Shown: positions 42,024-54,047 of the stretch, one piece after another
Numbering within the stretch: the stretch's first letter is position 1
Layout of the letters: each line of letters opens with the position of its first letter
Source: Eledone cirrhosa
Taxonomy: Eukaryota
DNA: 64,000 nt
Assembly (NCBI GenBank): GCA_964016885.1
Contig: OZ024757.1
Coordinates: forward strand, 14,818,001 to 14,882,000
Direction: 5' to 3'
Position numbers and translations under genes: made by a program
The notes under the pieces: model-generated
Told to the model about the DNA's origin: nothing
The model's input: only the letters and a program-made list of their open reading frames with translations
The model's database searches: none

Positions 42024-42066
<43 letters not shown>

Positions 42067-42220
42067 GTATGTGTGTGCATATTTGTCTGACTGTGTGTAT
42101 TAATTTATTTATTTTTTTATTTATCTTATTTCTTTATTTTTTTATATATATGTATGTGTATGTGTATGTATGTATGTATGTATGTGTGTGCATGTGTATG
42201 TATATGTATGTGTATATGTA

Positions 42221-42251
<31 letters not shown>

Positions 42252-42328
42252 GTATGCGTGTGTTTGTGTGTGTGTATATATATATATGTATGTGTGTATG
42301 TATGTGTTTGTATGTGTGTTTATGTGTG

Positions 42329-42361
<33 letters not shown>

Positions 42362-42665
42362 GTATATGTATCTCTATTTATATGTGTATGTATATACCTT
42401 TTTCTTTGTATGTCTGAGTTGTGTGAGCGTGTAGTGGTGTTTGTATGTATATACGCATATATGGATGTGTATGTATTTGTATATATGCGTATATGTAAGT
42501 GCGTATGTGTGTGTGAGTATATATCTATGTCTATGTATGAGTATGTATGTGTGTGTATGTATGTGTGGGTGTATGTATGTATGTGTGTATGTGTGTATGT
42601 ATATATGTGTATATATATATGTGTATATATATGTATGTGTATATATGTATGTGTATATATATATG

Positions 42666-42704
<39 letters not shown>

Positions 42705-42708
42705 TATA

Positions 42709-42739
<31 letters not shown>

Positions 42740-42818
42740 CTTTATATATGTGTATGTGTATGTATGTGTAGGTGTGTGTGTGTGTATATATGTATGTGTG
42801 TATATGTGTATGTGTGTG

Positions 42819-42859
<41 letters not shown>

Positions 42860-42981
42860 ATGTGTATGTGTGTATGTGTGTATATATATATTTATATATA
42901 TGTATATATTTATATGTGGGTATGTATGTGTATGTGTGTATATATATGAGTGTGTTTATATATATATGTATGTAGATGTGA

Positions 42982-43035
<54 letters not shown>

Positions 43036-43086
43036 GTGTATATATGTGTATATGTATGAGTGTGTATATATATACGTGTGTTGTGA

Positions 43087-43133
<47 letters not shown>

Positions 43134-43590
43134 CGTGTATGTGTATATGTGTGTAAAAATATATATATATATATATATATGTGTGTGTTTATGTGTGTAT
43201 GTGTCTATCTATTTATATGTGTATATGTATGTGTCTCTATATGTATGCGTGTGTGTATGTGTATGTGTATTTATATGGTATGTGTATGTATATGTATGTG
43301 TATGTATGTGTTTGTATATATGTGTATGTATATGTATGTATATGTATGTGTGTGTATGCGTGTGTATTTATTTATATGTCTACATGTATGTATATCGATG
43401 TATATTTTATATTTTACTTGTTTGTATATATATATGTATGTGTATGTATATGTGTATATATATGTGTGTATATATGTGTATGTATATGTGTATATATATG
43501 TGTGTATATATATGTATATATATATGTATATGTGTGTGTGTGTGTGTGTGTATGTGTGGATGTATATATATATATATATATATATATTTT
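41983..43590. repeat. Compound (TA)/(TG)/(TATG) microsatellite field
   Basis: Seen directly; source of the many Y/I/C/V/M ORFs. Confidence 0.98.
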
Positions 43591-46337
43591 CTTGATATAT
43601 TTCTTTTTTCTTTTTTCTTTTTCTTTTCTTTTTATTTCTAAGTTTATAGATACATTTATAAATAGGCAGTCTGCCGAAACCGTTGAATACTGACCTCTCC
43701 CCCCCTCCCACCTAATTTCTGTATCCTGATCTAAATATGTGTGGCAGTGTTTATGTGCGTGCATTAATGTCCATATGCTTATGATAATACTATATGCACA
43801 TATATATGTGTGTGGGTATGTGTGTGTGTATGTATGTTCGTAGTTATGTGTATGTTTATGCATATACACGCGTGTGTGTGTGAGTGTACGAATATGTGTG
43901 AGTATATGAATGTGTGTATACATTTATTTCATATTTATGTGTCTATACGCATTTTATCTGTAGATTATAAACTTACAGAGACATTAGCCTTGAATTTTTG
44001 TATTTACATACATCTTTTTGGCATGCGTATGCATGTAAACATATATCTTTATGTAAATATGTGTACGAAGTTAATTACATGTATATACACACACCTAACT
44101 GCATAAACATTTTTTGTATTTTTATTGGTCAATTTGAACTCTGTTCCCAAACGGACCTGAAATTTTGAATTGTTGTTATTATCAATAAATATATTTCATT
44201 ATTTCTGAAGACGGCATATATATGTGTTTGGTATGTATATTTAATTTTGATAGTTTGTATAATTTTGTACATAGATCTGTTGAATATGCATGCCAATTCT
44301 AACACATATATATCCTAGAAACGATCGTTAAATAATGAACTTTTTTTGTTTAATATAAGGAACTGTTTCATTGTTTTATTCATTATTTTTTTAATATTTT
44401 ATATATATATATCTGGCAGTCAACCTCAGACTCGAAAAAGCCGCCGCTAATCGTGATCGCTGGGGTTATAATTAAACTAAAGTGCTTCCACTGGTTGTGA
44501 TCATTGGAGAATTCTTTCTGCGCTGAAAGAGCCTAGGACTAAAAGATATATTATATAGATGTCGAAACGGCAGTAGCACAGCCGTTGGGGTCCTGAATAT
44601 TTTCACATCTATATATGTGTGTATTCTGCGACATTTATAATTACATAAGTAAGCATATTTGAATAACAAAATTTGAGGTTTAAATACTTTATTTTTTACC
44701 AATAACATACAGAAAGGCATGAACAACACCACATGTTAATTACTTTAATATTGAAAGTAGGCTTATAAATATTTAATTCAGCATATTTTTGTTGTCTTCA
44801 TGGTGGTCTGGTGGGTGATACCAGAGATGATAGAGATCCTGGTTTGGGGTTCAATCCTGGTCTGACTTACATATAAGGTTTCATGCTTTTTTTTTTTTTC
44901 CTCCTTCAGTTTTCTTCTTATATAAATATATATACATAAGGTAATTTGGTAGAATTGTTAGAACATCAGATAGAATTCTTTGCAGTATTTTTCCAGTTCT
45001 TTACTCTGAGTTCAACTTTACCTTTCTTCCATTCGGTATCGATAAGTCTTGAATATGTCTAACGTAGCAAGAACTGGAGCTACTTAACTAAGTTTTCCCA
45101 ACCTAGTCGATATCACCTACCGGTTGGCGATTTAAACTGTTGGCTGGGACAATGACCAACTAATCAGTCAGATTCGAACTCACTATGTCTGGCATATATT
45201 TTATACTTTATATTTGAATGAAGTTCTGTAAGTAACCTGGTGGCTTAGATGGCAATACTGCTCGAATAGATGGCTTCTATTATGAAGTTATAAGTTCATT
45301 CCCTATCCAGGATTGTAGAATTAATTTTATTTAGTTATTATTTAATCAATTGTTTTCACAAACAAATTATATCTATAAAACGCCAAATATAGTGAGTTCA
45401 AATCTGACTGACATGCATGGTATATATTTATGTTTCATTATACAGCGACACCATACACAGGAACTTATAAAGATATGTATATATTGTCCAGGAGTTTCGA
45501 GTTTAGTGGGAATGGTACAACTCTCAATTGGAGCTAGTCCCTGCAAGATCAGCATAAATAATGTTATACCTTTTCATGAAATCTTGCACACCCGATATTT
45601 TATACATGATTATTTAAAGGTGAACAAAAACCAAAGAACATTGAGCAGCATTTCTCAACCTTTCTACCCATGTTGATCTCTTGAAATAGTTTTTATGTCT
45701 CGGGGAAGCCCTGCATAAAATATACTTTTTCTATCTCTAGAGCAGTGGTTCCCAAATTGTGTGCTGCGAGATGAAACTAGATGAGCTGCAAAAGACTAAG
45801 ATTAAGTTTTAAGATGTGAAAAATATAAAACTGAAATTTCATATAAAAGTTCAAATATAGCTACAGCCACAAACCTAGGCTCCACACCCCGCAACGCAGA
45901 GGAGAGTAAGATAGTACCGAGGCCTGACTCACCTCTTCCACTCCATTGAGACCTCTGCCATACTTGGTCCCCGTACTGCTGATTTCCTCCATAAAGTCGG
46001 GAGGAAAGACGGCAGGAGCCTCGTGAGGAGGGGCAACTATTGTAGCAGGTGTCTCTGGCCTTGCTCCGAGGTAACGCTTTTACGTTTCTTCCACGGGTTG
46101 TGGCTGAGGGACCACTTAGACCGGGGTGAAGTGTCTGTCCCTCCCCCGACTTCTTACTTCTTTTTTTTTCCTTTTCCTTTTCTTTTTCTTTTCTCTTCTT
46201 GCTTATCTCTGCTATACCACGGCATCAAAAACATATATGATATATGTATGTATGGTATAGGTGTATTTATATTTAGGATAGTTATCAAAGGTAAATAGAC
46301 TGGTTGGAGCAATAACAGTCTTGTTTATGTATATACA

Positions 46338-46925
46338 CATCATCATCATCATCATCATCATCGTTTAACGTCCATGTTCCACGCTTGCATGGGTTTGGAC
46401 GGGAGTTTTCCCACTTGAGGCAAGAGTGGTTGTCTTGCTCGCATAGGACTGTCTGGCGGGTTTTCTACAGCTGGATGCCCTTCCTAACACCAACCACGAA
46501 AAAGCACCCAGCACTCACTGTAAATGAGGTTGGTGTTAGGAAGGGCATCCAGCTGTAGAAATCAAGCCAAAATCAGTTCCTGTATGATCAAGGCATGGTC
46601 AGCCGACCAGACAATGCCCACAACAGGACAACCCGTCTAACCCATGCTAGCGTGGAAGAACGGACGTAAAACGGTCATGAGTTACATGACCACTTTACAG
46701 TTTGGGCTGGGTGCTTTTTATCCTGATACCTACACGACCAGTTTACTGTGTGGGCTGGGGGCTTTTTGTCGTGACAGTTACATGACCACTTTATAGTGAG
46801 GGCCGGGTGATTTTTGTCATGATACCTACACGACCATTTTACTGTGTGAGCTGGGGGCTTTTTGTCGTGATACCTACACGACCACTTTAGTGTGGGCTGG
46901 GTGTTTTTGTTGTGATACCTACACA
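46338..46925. mobile_element. Cluster of RTE-type tails in opposite orientations plus ~47-bp tandem units
   Basis: (CAT)n followed by a minus-strand tail at 46338-46495, plus-strand tail at 46496-46680, tandem ACGACCACTTTACAGTGTGGGCTGGGTGCTTTT-type units at 46680-46925. Confidence 0.8.
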
Positions 46926-47060
46926 TATACATACATATCTATATATATATACATATACATATACATACATATCTATATATATATACATACATATACACAT
47001 ACATACATATATATACATATATACATATATATATACATATATATATACATACATATATAT

Positions 47061-49266
47061 ATCATCATCATCATCATCATCAACGTTTAACGTCCGTGTT
47101 CCACGCTTGCATGGGTTTGGACGGGGGTAGTCCCACTTGAGGCAAGAGTGATTGTCTTGCTCGCATAGGACTGTCTGGCAGGTTTTCTACAGTTGGATGC
47201 CCTTCCTAACACCAACCACATTTACAGTGTGGGACTGGGAGGTTTTTACCGTGTTGCCTACACGGCCACATTACAGCGTGGACTGTGTGTTTTTTTGTCG
47301 TGACACCTACACGATCTCATTTGTTTCGGCCTGGATGGCGTGGCACCAACATAACTTTACATAGGACGGGGTGGTGTGGATAGGTGGGGGTGGTGGCGGG
47401 ACGGGGTGTATTTTGTTAGAGATGCCTACTGGCAAGGCGGGTCTTCTCTGTTACTGAGTACCGCCAAAGGTCTCGGTCCAGTGACATTGTCTTGGAGAGG
47501 TGTAAGTGTGTGAGGTCGGAGTTTATCAGCTCGTCCCAGGTTTTTCTAGGTCTGCCTATTCCGTGGCTACCGTCTATCTTTATTGCCCTGCACTTTGTCA
47601 TACAGCTATCGACTTTCATGCGCATCACGTGTCCATACCAACGTAGCCTTCTCTCGAGTAAACAACATCTGATCCCTCTTATCTCTAATTTTTTCCTTAG
47701 TTCGTTTATGCTTTGCCGTTCACGTATATTACTGTTACACATCCAGCGGAGCATGCAAGCTTCGTTCCTCTCTAGTCTGCGTATATCCTCTGCACACAAT
47801 GCCCAGGTCTCACTGCCATGCAACATTGCTGTTCGTATGCAGGCATCGTACAACCTGCCTTTCATTTTTAGGGAGAACCCTTTAGCAGCTAATAGTGGTA
47901 TAAGCTCTCTGAACTTTTTCCAACCAGTTCTGACTCTAGCTACAGTACTTTCAGAGCACCCTCCCCCACTGCTGATTTTATCGCCCAGGTAACGGAAGCT
48001 GTCCACTATTTCTATAGAACCCTCTGCGCAATTGAAAGAGCTAGTATTTTGTGGGCACTTGCTGCTACTTATTGCACCAGAACACCGGCCACATGTAAAA
48101 TCTATGTTCTTAGTTAGCTTACCTGTGATCCCACTACATCTTTTATGCACCCATACTTTGCATTTAGGACATAAAATGGAGTTTCTACCTACGCCTTTCC
48201 TACACACCGAGCACGACCATTTCCCAGAAGGGACCGCCGCCTTGTTTTCTTTCCTACAAACTAGAACTTTGGTCTTAGCCAGGTTAATTTTAAGTCCTTT
48301 TGACTCTAGGCCGTGCTTCCATGTTTGGAATTTCTTCTCTAGCTCGGCCATTGATTCCGCTATGAGTGTCAGGTCGTCTGCGTATAGGAGTTCCCATGGG
48401 CAGCCTGTCTTGAACTCCTCTGTTATAGCCTGAAGGGCAATAATAAATAGTAGGGGGCTGAGAACAGAGCCCTGATGGACGCCAACTTTTACGCTAAACT
48501 CTTCACTATATTCGTTGTTAATTCTAACCTTGCTGACTGTTTCTTTATACATGGCTTGTATAGCCCTCACAAGCCATTCGTCAACGCCTAGTTTTCTAAG
48601 AGCCCACCAGATAATGGAGCGGGGGACTCTGTCGAAGGCTTTCTCCAGGTCGACAAAAGCTAAGTAGAGGGGTCTACCTTTAGCTAGGTACTTCTCCTGT
48701 AGTTGTCGTACTATGAAAAGGGCGTCTGTGGTGTTTTTGCCTGACACAAACCCGAACTGCATTTCATCTAGGTCAATTCTCTCTCTGATTAGTTGCGCTA
48801 TTACTTTTTCCGTGACCTTCATGACCTGGTCGATTAATTTAATGCCTCTATAGTTACTCCTATCTAGGGCGTCTCCTTTACCCTTATAACAGTTAACGAT
48901 GATGCTGCTATGCCAGTCCTTCGGAACAACCCCATTCTGTACGACTTGGTTAACTATGCGGGTGACCATGGTGTGTCCCACCGTGCCAGATGCCTTCAGC
49001 ATCTCAGCAACTATTTCCGAAGGCCCAGCCGCCTTACCCGTCTTCATATCCTTGATTGCCTTACTTATTATACTCCCCTCGACTAACACTGCTGGTCCCT
49101 CTATCGGGTCGATATGGGGGAGCCTGTCTTTCTCCCATTTATTCTCCTCATTTAGTAGCCTTTCATAGTGACACTTCCAAGCTACCTTCTTATCAGTGTC
49201 GGTGATGGCAAGTATGCCATCATCGTTAAGTACACACTTCTCCCCGACAATATCACGGTTTTCCTG
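47061..49266 (-). mobile_element. 5'-truncated RTE-clade LINE with 3' UTR and (GAT)n tail
   Basis: RT motifs KGKGD...NYRGIKL, QFGF, FVDLEKAFDRVP, GVHQGSVLSP, YADD, YLG; RTE-type C-terminus RRLRWYGHVMR...GRPRKTW; no endonuclease domain. Confidence 0.95.
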
Positions 49267-49350
49267 AATGTCTATATTTATTAACACACACCATAGAAAG
49301 GCAGACACAAACATAATTATGTGTGTGTGAGTGTATACACACACTAACAT
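47416..49350 (-). CDS. RTE reverse transcriptase ORF (uninterrupted, truncated; first ~28 codons derive from flanking DNA) with PHD-like finger
   Basis: 644-aa ORF; RT motifs as above; CSVC...CPKC...HKRC...CGRC between YADD and YLG. Confidence 0.85.
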   Translation of the reverse strand: MLVCVYTHTHIIMFVSAFLWCVLINIDIQENRDIVGEKCVLNDDGILAITDTDKKVAWKCHYERLLNEENKWEKDRLPHIDPIEGPAVLVEGSIISKAIKDMKTGKAAGPSEIVAEMLKASGTVGHTMVTRIVNQVVQNGVVPKDWHSSIIVNCYKGKGDALDRSNYRGIKLIDQVMKVTEKVIAQLIRERIDLDEMQFGFVSGKNTTDALFIVRQLQEKYLAKGRPLYLAFVDLEKAFDRVPRSIIWWALRKLGVDEWLVRAIQAMYKETVSKVRINNEYSEEFSVKVGVHQGSVLSPLLFIIALQAITEEFKTGCPWELLYADDLTLIAESMAELEKKFQTWKHGLESKGLKINLAKTKVLVCRKENKAAVPSGKWSCSVCRKGVGRNSILCPKCKVWVHKRCSGITGKLTKNIDFTCGRCSGAISSSKCPQNTSSFNCAEGSIEIVDSFRYLGDKISSGGGCSESTVARVRTGWKKFRELIPLLAAKGFSLKMKGRLYDACIRTAMLHGSETWALCAEDIRRLERNEACMLRWMCNSNIRERQSINELRKKLEIRGIRCCLLERRLRWYGHVMRMKVDSCMTKCRAIKIDGSHGIGRPRKTWDELINSDLTHLHLSKTMSLDRDLWRYSVTEKTRLASRHL

Positions 49351-49679
49351 ATATACTTTTATTGGTTTCAGTCATTAGATTGCGGCCATGCTGGGGCATT
49401 GCCAAGATTCAGTAAATCATATCAACCCCAGTACTTAGATTTTCAAGCCTGGCATATATTTTATCAATTTCTTTTTGTTGAACTGCCAAGCCTGATGACA
49501 TAAACACAGACACAAACACAAATATACATATCTATGTAGGCATATCTTCACTTTACATACATTTTACAATTTTTATTTTTTGCAGATATTTTGTCTACTA
49601 TGTTTTCTCTTTCTATCACAGTCCTCCCAGCCAAGGATACAAATACCTAGTGTTGAAATGTGGTATGGTAGGGCTCATT

Positions 49680-50270
49680 CAACAATAAAATGCGCCCAGT
49701 CCACTCTGTAAAGTGGTAGTGCTAGTGTCACAATAACATGCGCCCAGTCCACTCTGTAAAGTGTTAGTGCCAGTGTCACACTAAAATACATCCAGTCCAG
49801 TCTGTAAAGTGGTAGGGCTGGTGTTGCAATAAAATACACCCAGTCCACTCTGTAAAGTGGTAGAAATGGTGCCACAATAAAATGCACCCAGTCCACTCTG
49901 TAAATGGTGTCACAATAAAATGCACCCAGCCCACTCTGTAAAGTGGTAGAAATGGTGCCACAATAAAATGCACCCAGCCCACTCTGTAAAGTAGTAGAAA
50001 TGGTGTCACAATAAAATGCACCCAGCCCACTCTGTAAAGTGGTAGTGCTGATACCACAATAAAATGTACCCAGCCCACTCTGTAAAGTGGTAGTGCTGGT
50101 ACCACAATAAAATGCACCCAGCCCACTCTTTAAAGTAGTAGTGCTGATGTCACACTAAAATCCACCCAGCCCACTCTGTAAAGTGTTAGTGCTGGTGTCA
50201 CAATAAAATACACCCAGTCCACTCTGTAAAGTGGTAGTGGTAATGTCACAAAGTGCATCCAGCCTAAGCT
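49680..50270. repeat. 47-bp minisatellite derived from the RTE/SINE tail region (mirror copy ~60835-61425)
   Basis: About 12 units of CACAATAAAATGCACCCAGCCCACTCTGTAAAGTGGTAGTGCTGGTGT, followed by an RTE-type tail to ~50390. Confidence 0.95.
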
Positions 50271-50541
50271 ATAAAGGGTTAGTGGTTAGTGAGCAAGATA
50301 TAGTCACCTGACATGGCATTGCCCACAACAGGACAATTCGTCTAACCCATGCTAGCATGGAAAAATGGACGTAAAAGAGTGATGATGATATATATATATA
50401 TATATATATATGCAAAAGTTTTATTTAAAATTGTTGGGTTACAACAAGTAAATATTTTATAACTGATATAAAGCACTCGACAAGTTTTGGAGTAGATATA
50501 CGATATTAAACAAATGGAAACTATATTTATAAAACCATATT

Positions 50542-50607
50542 TATTTCATTATACATATTTCAGGGATACCATATTAAAAATATGGCATGCCTTCTTCAGA
50601 TAAAATA
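50542..50607 (-). ncRNA. Minimal type I hammerhead ribozyme
   Basis: Reverse complement of the motif described for 50706-50771 (one change at the base of stem II). Confidence 0.75.
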
Positions 50608-50705
50608 CAATATATAAACAGTTTTATAAATAACCGGCTTCCTACATAACGGTTGCTCAATATTTATGGTACGTCAAAATTATTTATAAAACTGTTTTTA
50701 TATTG

Positions 50706-50771
50706 TATTTTATCTGAAGAAGGCATGCCATATTTTTAATATGGTATCCCCGAAATATGTATAATGAAATA
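50706..50771 (+). ncRNA. Minimal type I hammerhead ribozyme
   Basis: Stem I TATTTTAT/ATGAAATA; core CTGAAGA; stem II GGCATGCCATAT-loop-ATATGGTATCC; GAAA; short near-palindromic stem III; AUA cleavage triplet. Confidence 0.8.
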
Positions 50772-51684
50772 AATATGGTTTTATAAATATAGTTTCCATT
50801 TGTTTAATATCGTATATATATATATATATATCATTTTATGTCCATTTCCCCTGCTAGCATGGGCTGGAGGAGTTTTTATAGAGCAATAAAGTTGAAATCC
50901 TCGACCTTTCAAATAGGTTAGGAAGAGAAGGGAGGGTGAGGTGCAGTTGCTCACACGTCCCCATATTTTACAGACTGCAATTGATATCACCTCTACTCCA
51001 TCATTTATTGTGGCACTAGCACTAAAGGGGTTGTCATGTCTTTAACACATCTGATGAGTCCTCTCAACCCTATTATTTGGCAAGTTTTTTTTCGTTTATC
51101 TTAAACTTCTGCAGTTTCCATCTACCGAATTTCACTCACAAGCCCCCCCCCCCCCCCTACATATGGGTAGAGACAATAAATGAGCATTTCTTGCATTGGC
51201 ACAAAACCAGGAATTATTCTTTTGGACGGGAGGAAGCAATCCCCTGAGCTTAGCAGTATCAAAGTTTAAAACCAAAGACAGGTCCTTGGTGTGAAATTTA
51301 ACAGTAGCAAAATGGCAAGAGATATTAACAAACTAATTAGCAAGCAGAGATATAATTATTCTTTGTAATGTTGGTGTAAAGCCAGCAATTTGGGGGAAGT
51401 GGCGAAACAATTATATAGACACCAGCCGTGGCAGTATTTGAAACCAGAACATAAAGGAACGTAACCCTATGCTGCAAAGCATGTCTGTTCCTGTAATGAT
51501 CCTCTCACCCCCCCCCCCATATTCTGTCCCACTCATAACAATAACAACAATAATAATTCTTTCTAACATTGGCACAATCATCATCATTAATCCTTTAGCA
51601 TTTAAACCAGCCATATCCAGCCAGAATTTTCTCACCTATTTCTGTTCAACCCAGCCATAACTAGCTGCTCATACTGATGTTGCA

Positions 51685-52130
51685 AAGTGGTCGTGGAGGT
51701 GCCACGGCAAAAAAAAAAGCACCCAGCACTCACTGTAAATGAGGTTGGTGTTAGGAAGGGCATCCAGCTGTAGAAATCAAGCCAAAATCAGTTCCCATGT
51801 GTGCAAGACAAGGTCACTCGACATGGCATTGCCCACAACAGGACAACCCGTCTAACCCATGCTAACGTGGAAGAGTGGATGTAAAACGGTGATGATGGTG
51901 ATATATATATATATATCATCATCATCGTTTAACATCCATTTTCCACACTAGCATCACTTAGACGAGTTGTCCCATTTCAGGCAAGTTGGTTCAGGTGACA
52001 ATGTTTTACTCATACAGAATTGTTTCTGACTAGGTTTCTACAGCTGGATGCGCTTCCTAATGCAAACCATATTTACAATGTGTGCTGGGTGCTTTTTGTC
52101 ATGACTCCTACATTACCACTTTACAGTGAT
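51685..52130. mobile_element. Two RTE-type tails joined tail to tail across (TA)n; a third, minus-strand copy at ~52572-52800
   Basis: GGTTGGTGTTAGGAAGGGCATCCAGCTGTAGAAA...CTAACCCATGCTA...(GAT)n on plus, and its reverse complement starting at (CAT)n ~51916. Confidence 0.8.
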
Positions 52131-53157
52131 TTATGATGATCAATAAACCCTCTGAAACAATCGTAAACAATTAACTAATTAAGAACCATTATCACCTTTT
52201 GTTTAATTTTCATGTTCAAAACACACACACATATATACATACATACACACATATATTATATAATATATAGAAATAAACACTGAAAAATGTGTGTTTAGAA
52301 TTACAAGGGCTGAAAAACCACTTTGGTTTGAAGAATATAATCTATGAAACAAACGGAAAATGCATAATAAACAGAATAAATTGAATTAAAATGTACAAAC
52401 CGTTTCAATAACTATTGAACTCCTGGACAAACTATAGATGTAGTCTGTTTCGCCGTAAAATTTGAAGTGAAAACCAACAGGTGAATGTGTTTTTATTGGC
52501 AGCATAGTATAACAATATCAGTTTTCAGATAAGAATTTCGCAAAACATTTTCAAAAACATAGTATATATATATCATGATCATCATCATTTTACATCTGCT
52601 TTTGCCTGCCTGCAAGGTTGGGACGGGAACTGCAAAGGTGGTACGGGAACTGACTCAGGCTTGATTTCTACAGCTGGATGCCCTTTCTAACACCAACCTC
52701 ATTTACAGTGAGTGCTGGGTGCTTTTTTTGCCGTGGCGCCTCCACGACCACTTTACAGTGTGGGCTGGGTGCTTTTTTTGCTGTGGCACCTCCATGTACA
52801 CTCATTTTTACAGCTGATGTGAAAATAAAGTGTCTTGCTCAAGACACATCACCCGGTCTGAGAATTGAACTCACAACCTTTCGATTGCAAGGCCAATGCT
52901 CTAAGCACTAAGCTATGTGCCTCCTATATATATATAGCAGTTGAGCAGTTGAAGTATAAGGACGTGTTTTTACTTCTCTCCCCGAGTAAGCAGCAAGTCA
53001 CACAGCCACAAAACAAAACCACAAGACAAAACCAAACAAACAAAAATTGACCGGTTAATACATTTTCATACATCTATATTATTATATATTTGAAAATTGA
53101 CCGGTTAATTCATTTTTCATACATCTATATTATTATATATTTGAAACCACGTGTTTT

Positions 53158-53650
53158 CGAACTTGTGAGTACATTTTCCTTTAACTACAAATTATTATTA
53201 TATACTTTCGTCTTTTCATTAACTTAATTAATTTCAAATAACCAGAATATACATATATATATATATATATATATACTCATATTTATATATATACGCTTCT
53301 CACTCACACACAAGAAAAACAAAAAAAACAAAAATAAATCAAAAATAAATTTAAAAAAAAATATATATATATTGAAATACTTAACTAAAACACACACACA
53401 CGAACTTGTGAGTACATTTTCCTTTAACTACAAATTATTATTATATACTTTCGTCTTTTCATTAACTTAATTAATTTCAAATAACCAGAATATACATATA
53501 TATATATATATATATATACTCATATTTATATATATACGCTTCTCACTCACACACAAGAAAAACAAAAAACAAAAATAAATCAAAAATAAATTTAAAAAAA
53601 AAAAAAAATATATATATATATTGAAATACTTAACTAAAACACACACACAC
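53158..53650 (+). repeat. ~243-bp tandem duplication in the LINE 5' UTR (plus a ~51-bp tandem pair at ~53043-53146)
   Basis: CGAACTTGTGAGTACATTTTCC... begins at both 53158 and 53401. Confidence 0.95.
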
Positions 53651-53661
53651 TCAAAACTAGA

Positions 53662-54016
53662 ATGGCTAACCAGCAAAAATCCAAACAGAACTGGTCTGAT
53701 AATGAAATCGACATTCTAATAAACACATGGCATTGCCTTTCCCAAACAGAAAATATAGATGCTTCATCTCTGAACGACATTGCTAAACGTACAGTTCAAT
53801 TTTTGAAAACTCGATCTGAACAACAGATTCAAAATAAATTAAAGCAAATCGAAATTGCTTTTAAATTAATCAATAAACATTTGGATAAACTACGGTGTGT
53901 TTTCTCTTCGAATGCTGTCCAGCAGCAGCAACAACAACAACAGCAGCTACAACAGCAACAGCAACAACAGCAACAACAACAACATCAACAACAGCTACAA
54001 CAACAACAACAACAGC

Positions 54017-54047
<31 letters not shown>

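Larger units (their letters stand above)
47083..50777. repeat. Left arm of large inverted duplication (partner 60326-64000, running off the window)
   Basis: Mirror-image ORFs (47416-49350 minus / 61751-63685 plus; 49776-50126 / 60975-61325) with only 3 aa differences in 644. Confidence 0.97.
50499..50814. mobile_element. Penelope-type inverted terminal repeat pair (135-bp arms, 46-nt spacer)
   Basis: 50499-50633 is the reverse complement of 50680-50814 with 2 mismatches; the same sequence terminates the GIY-YIG element at 58561-60604. Confidence 0.9.

Noticed and set aside
40435-44106. Numerous Y/I/C/V/M or T/H-rich ORFs (also at 2453-2777, 23403-23737, 25236-25464, 57887-58198)
   Set aside because: Translations of (TA)n, (TG)n and (CA)n microsatellites.
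44518-44581. CTGAAAGA...GAAACGGCAGTA-GCACAG hammerhead-like string
   Set aside because: The core has an extra base and stems I/II pair poorly; at best a decayed relic.
45860-46150. GC-richer island with a minus-strand GAG|GTGAGTC donor-like site near 45932
   Set aside because: No convincing acceptor, open frame or recognisable product; it could be an unclassified repeat fragment.
47492-49168. Antisense ORFs over the RTE and CR1 coding regions (and their mirror copies)
   Set aside because: Typical shadow ORFs of long coding sequences, with no independent motifs.
51051-51085. CTGATGAGTCC hammerhead-like core
   Set aside because: No matching GGAC-GAAA half or stem I partner nearby.
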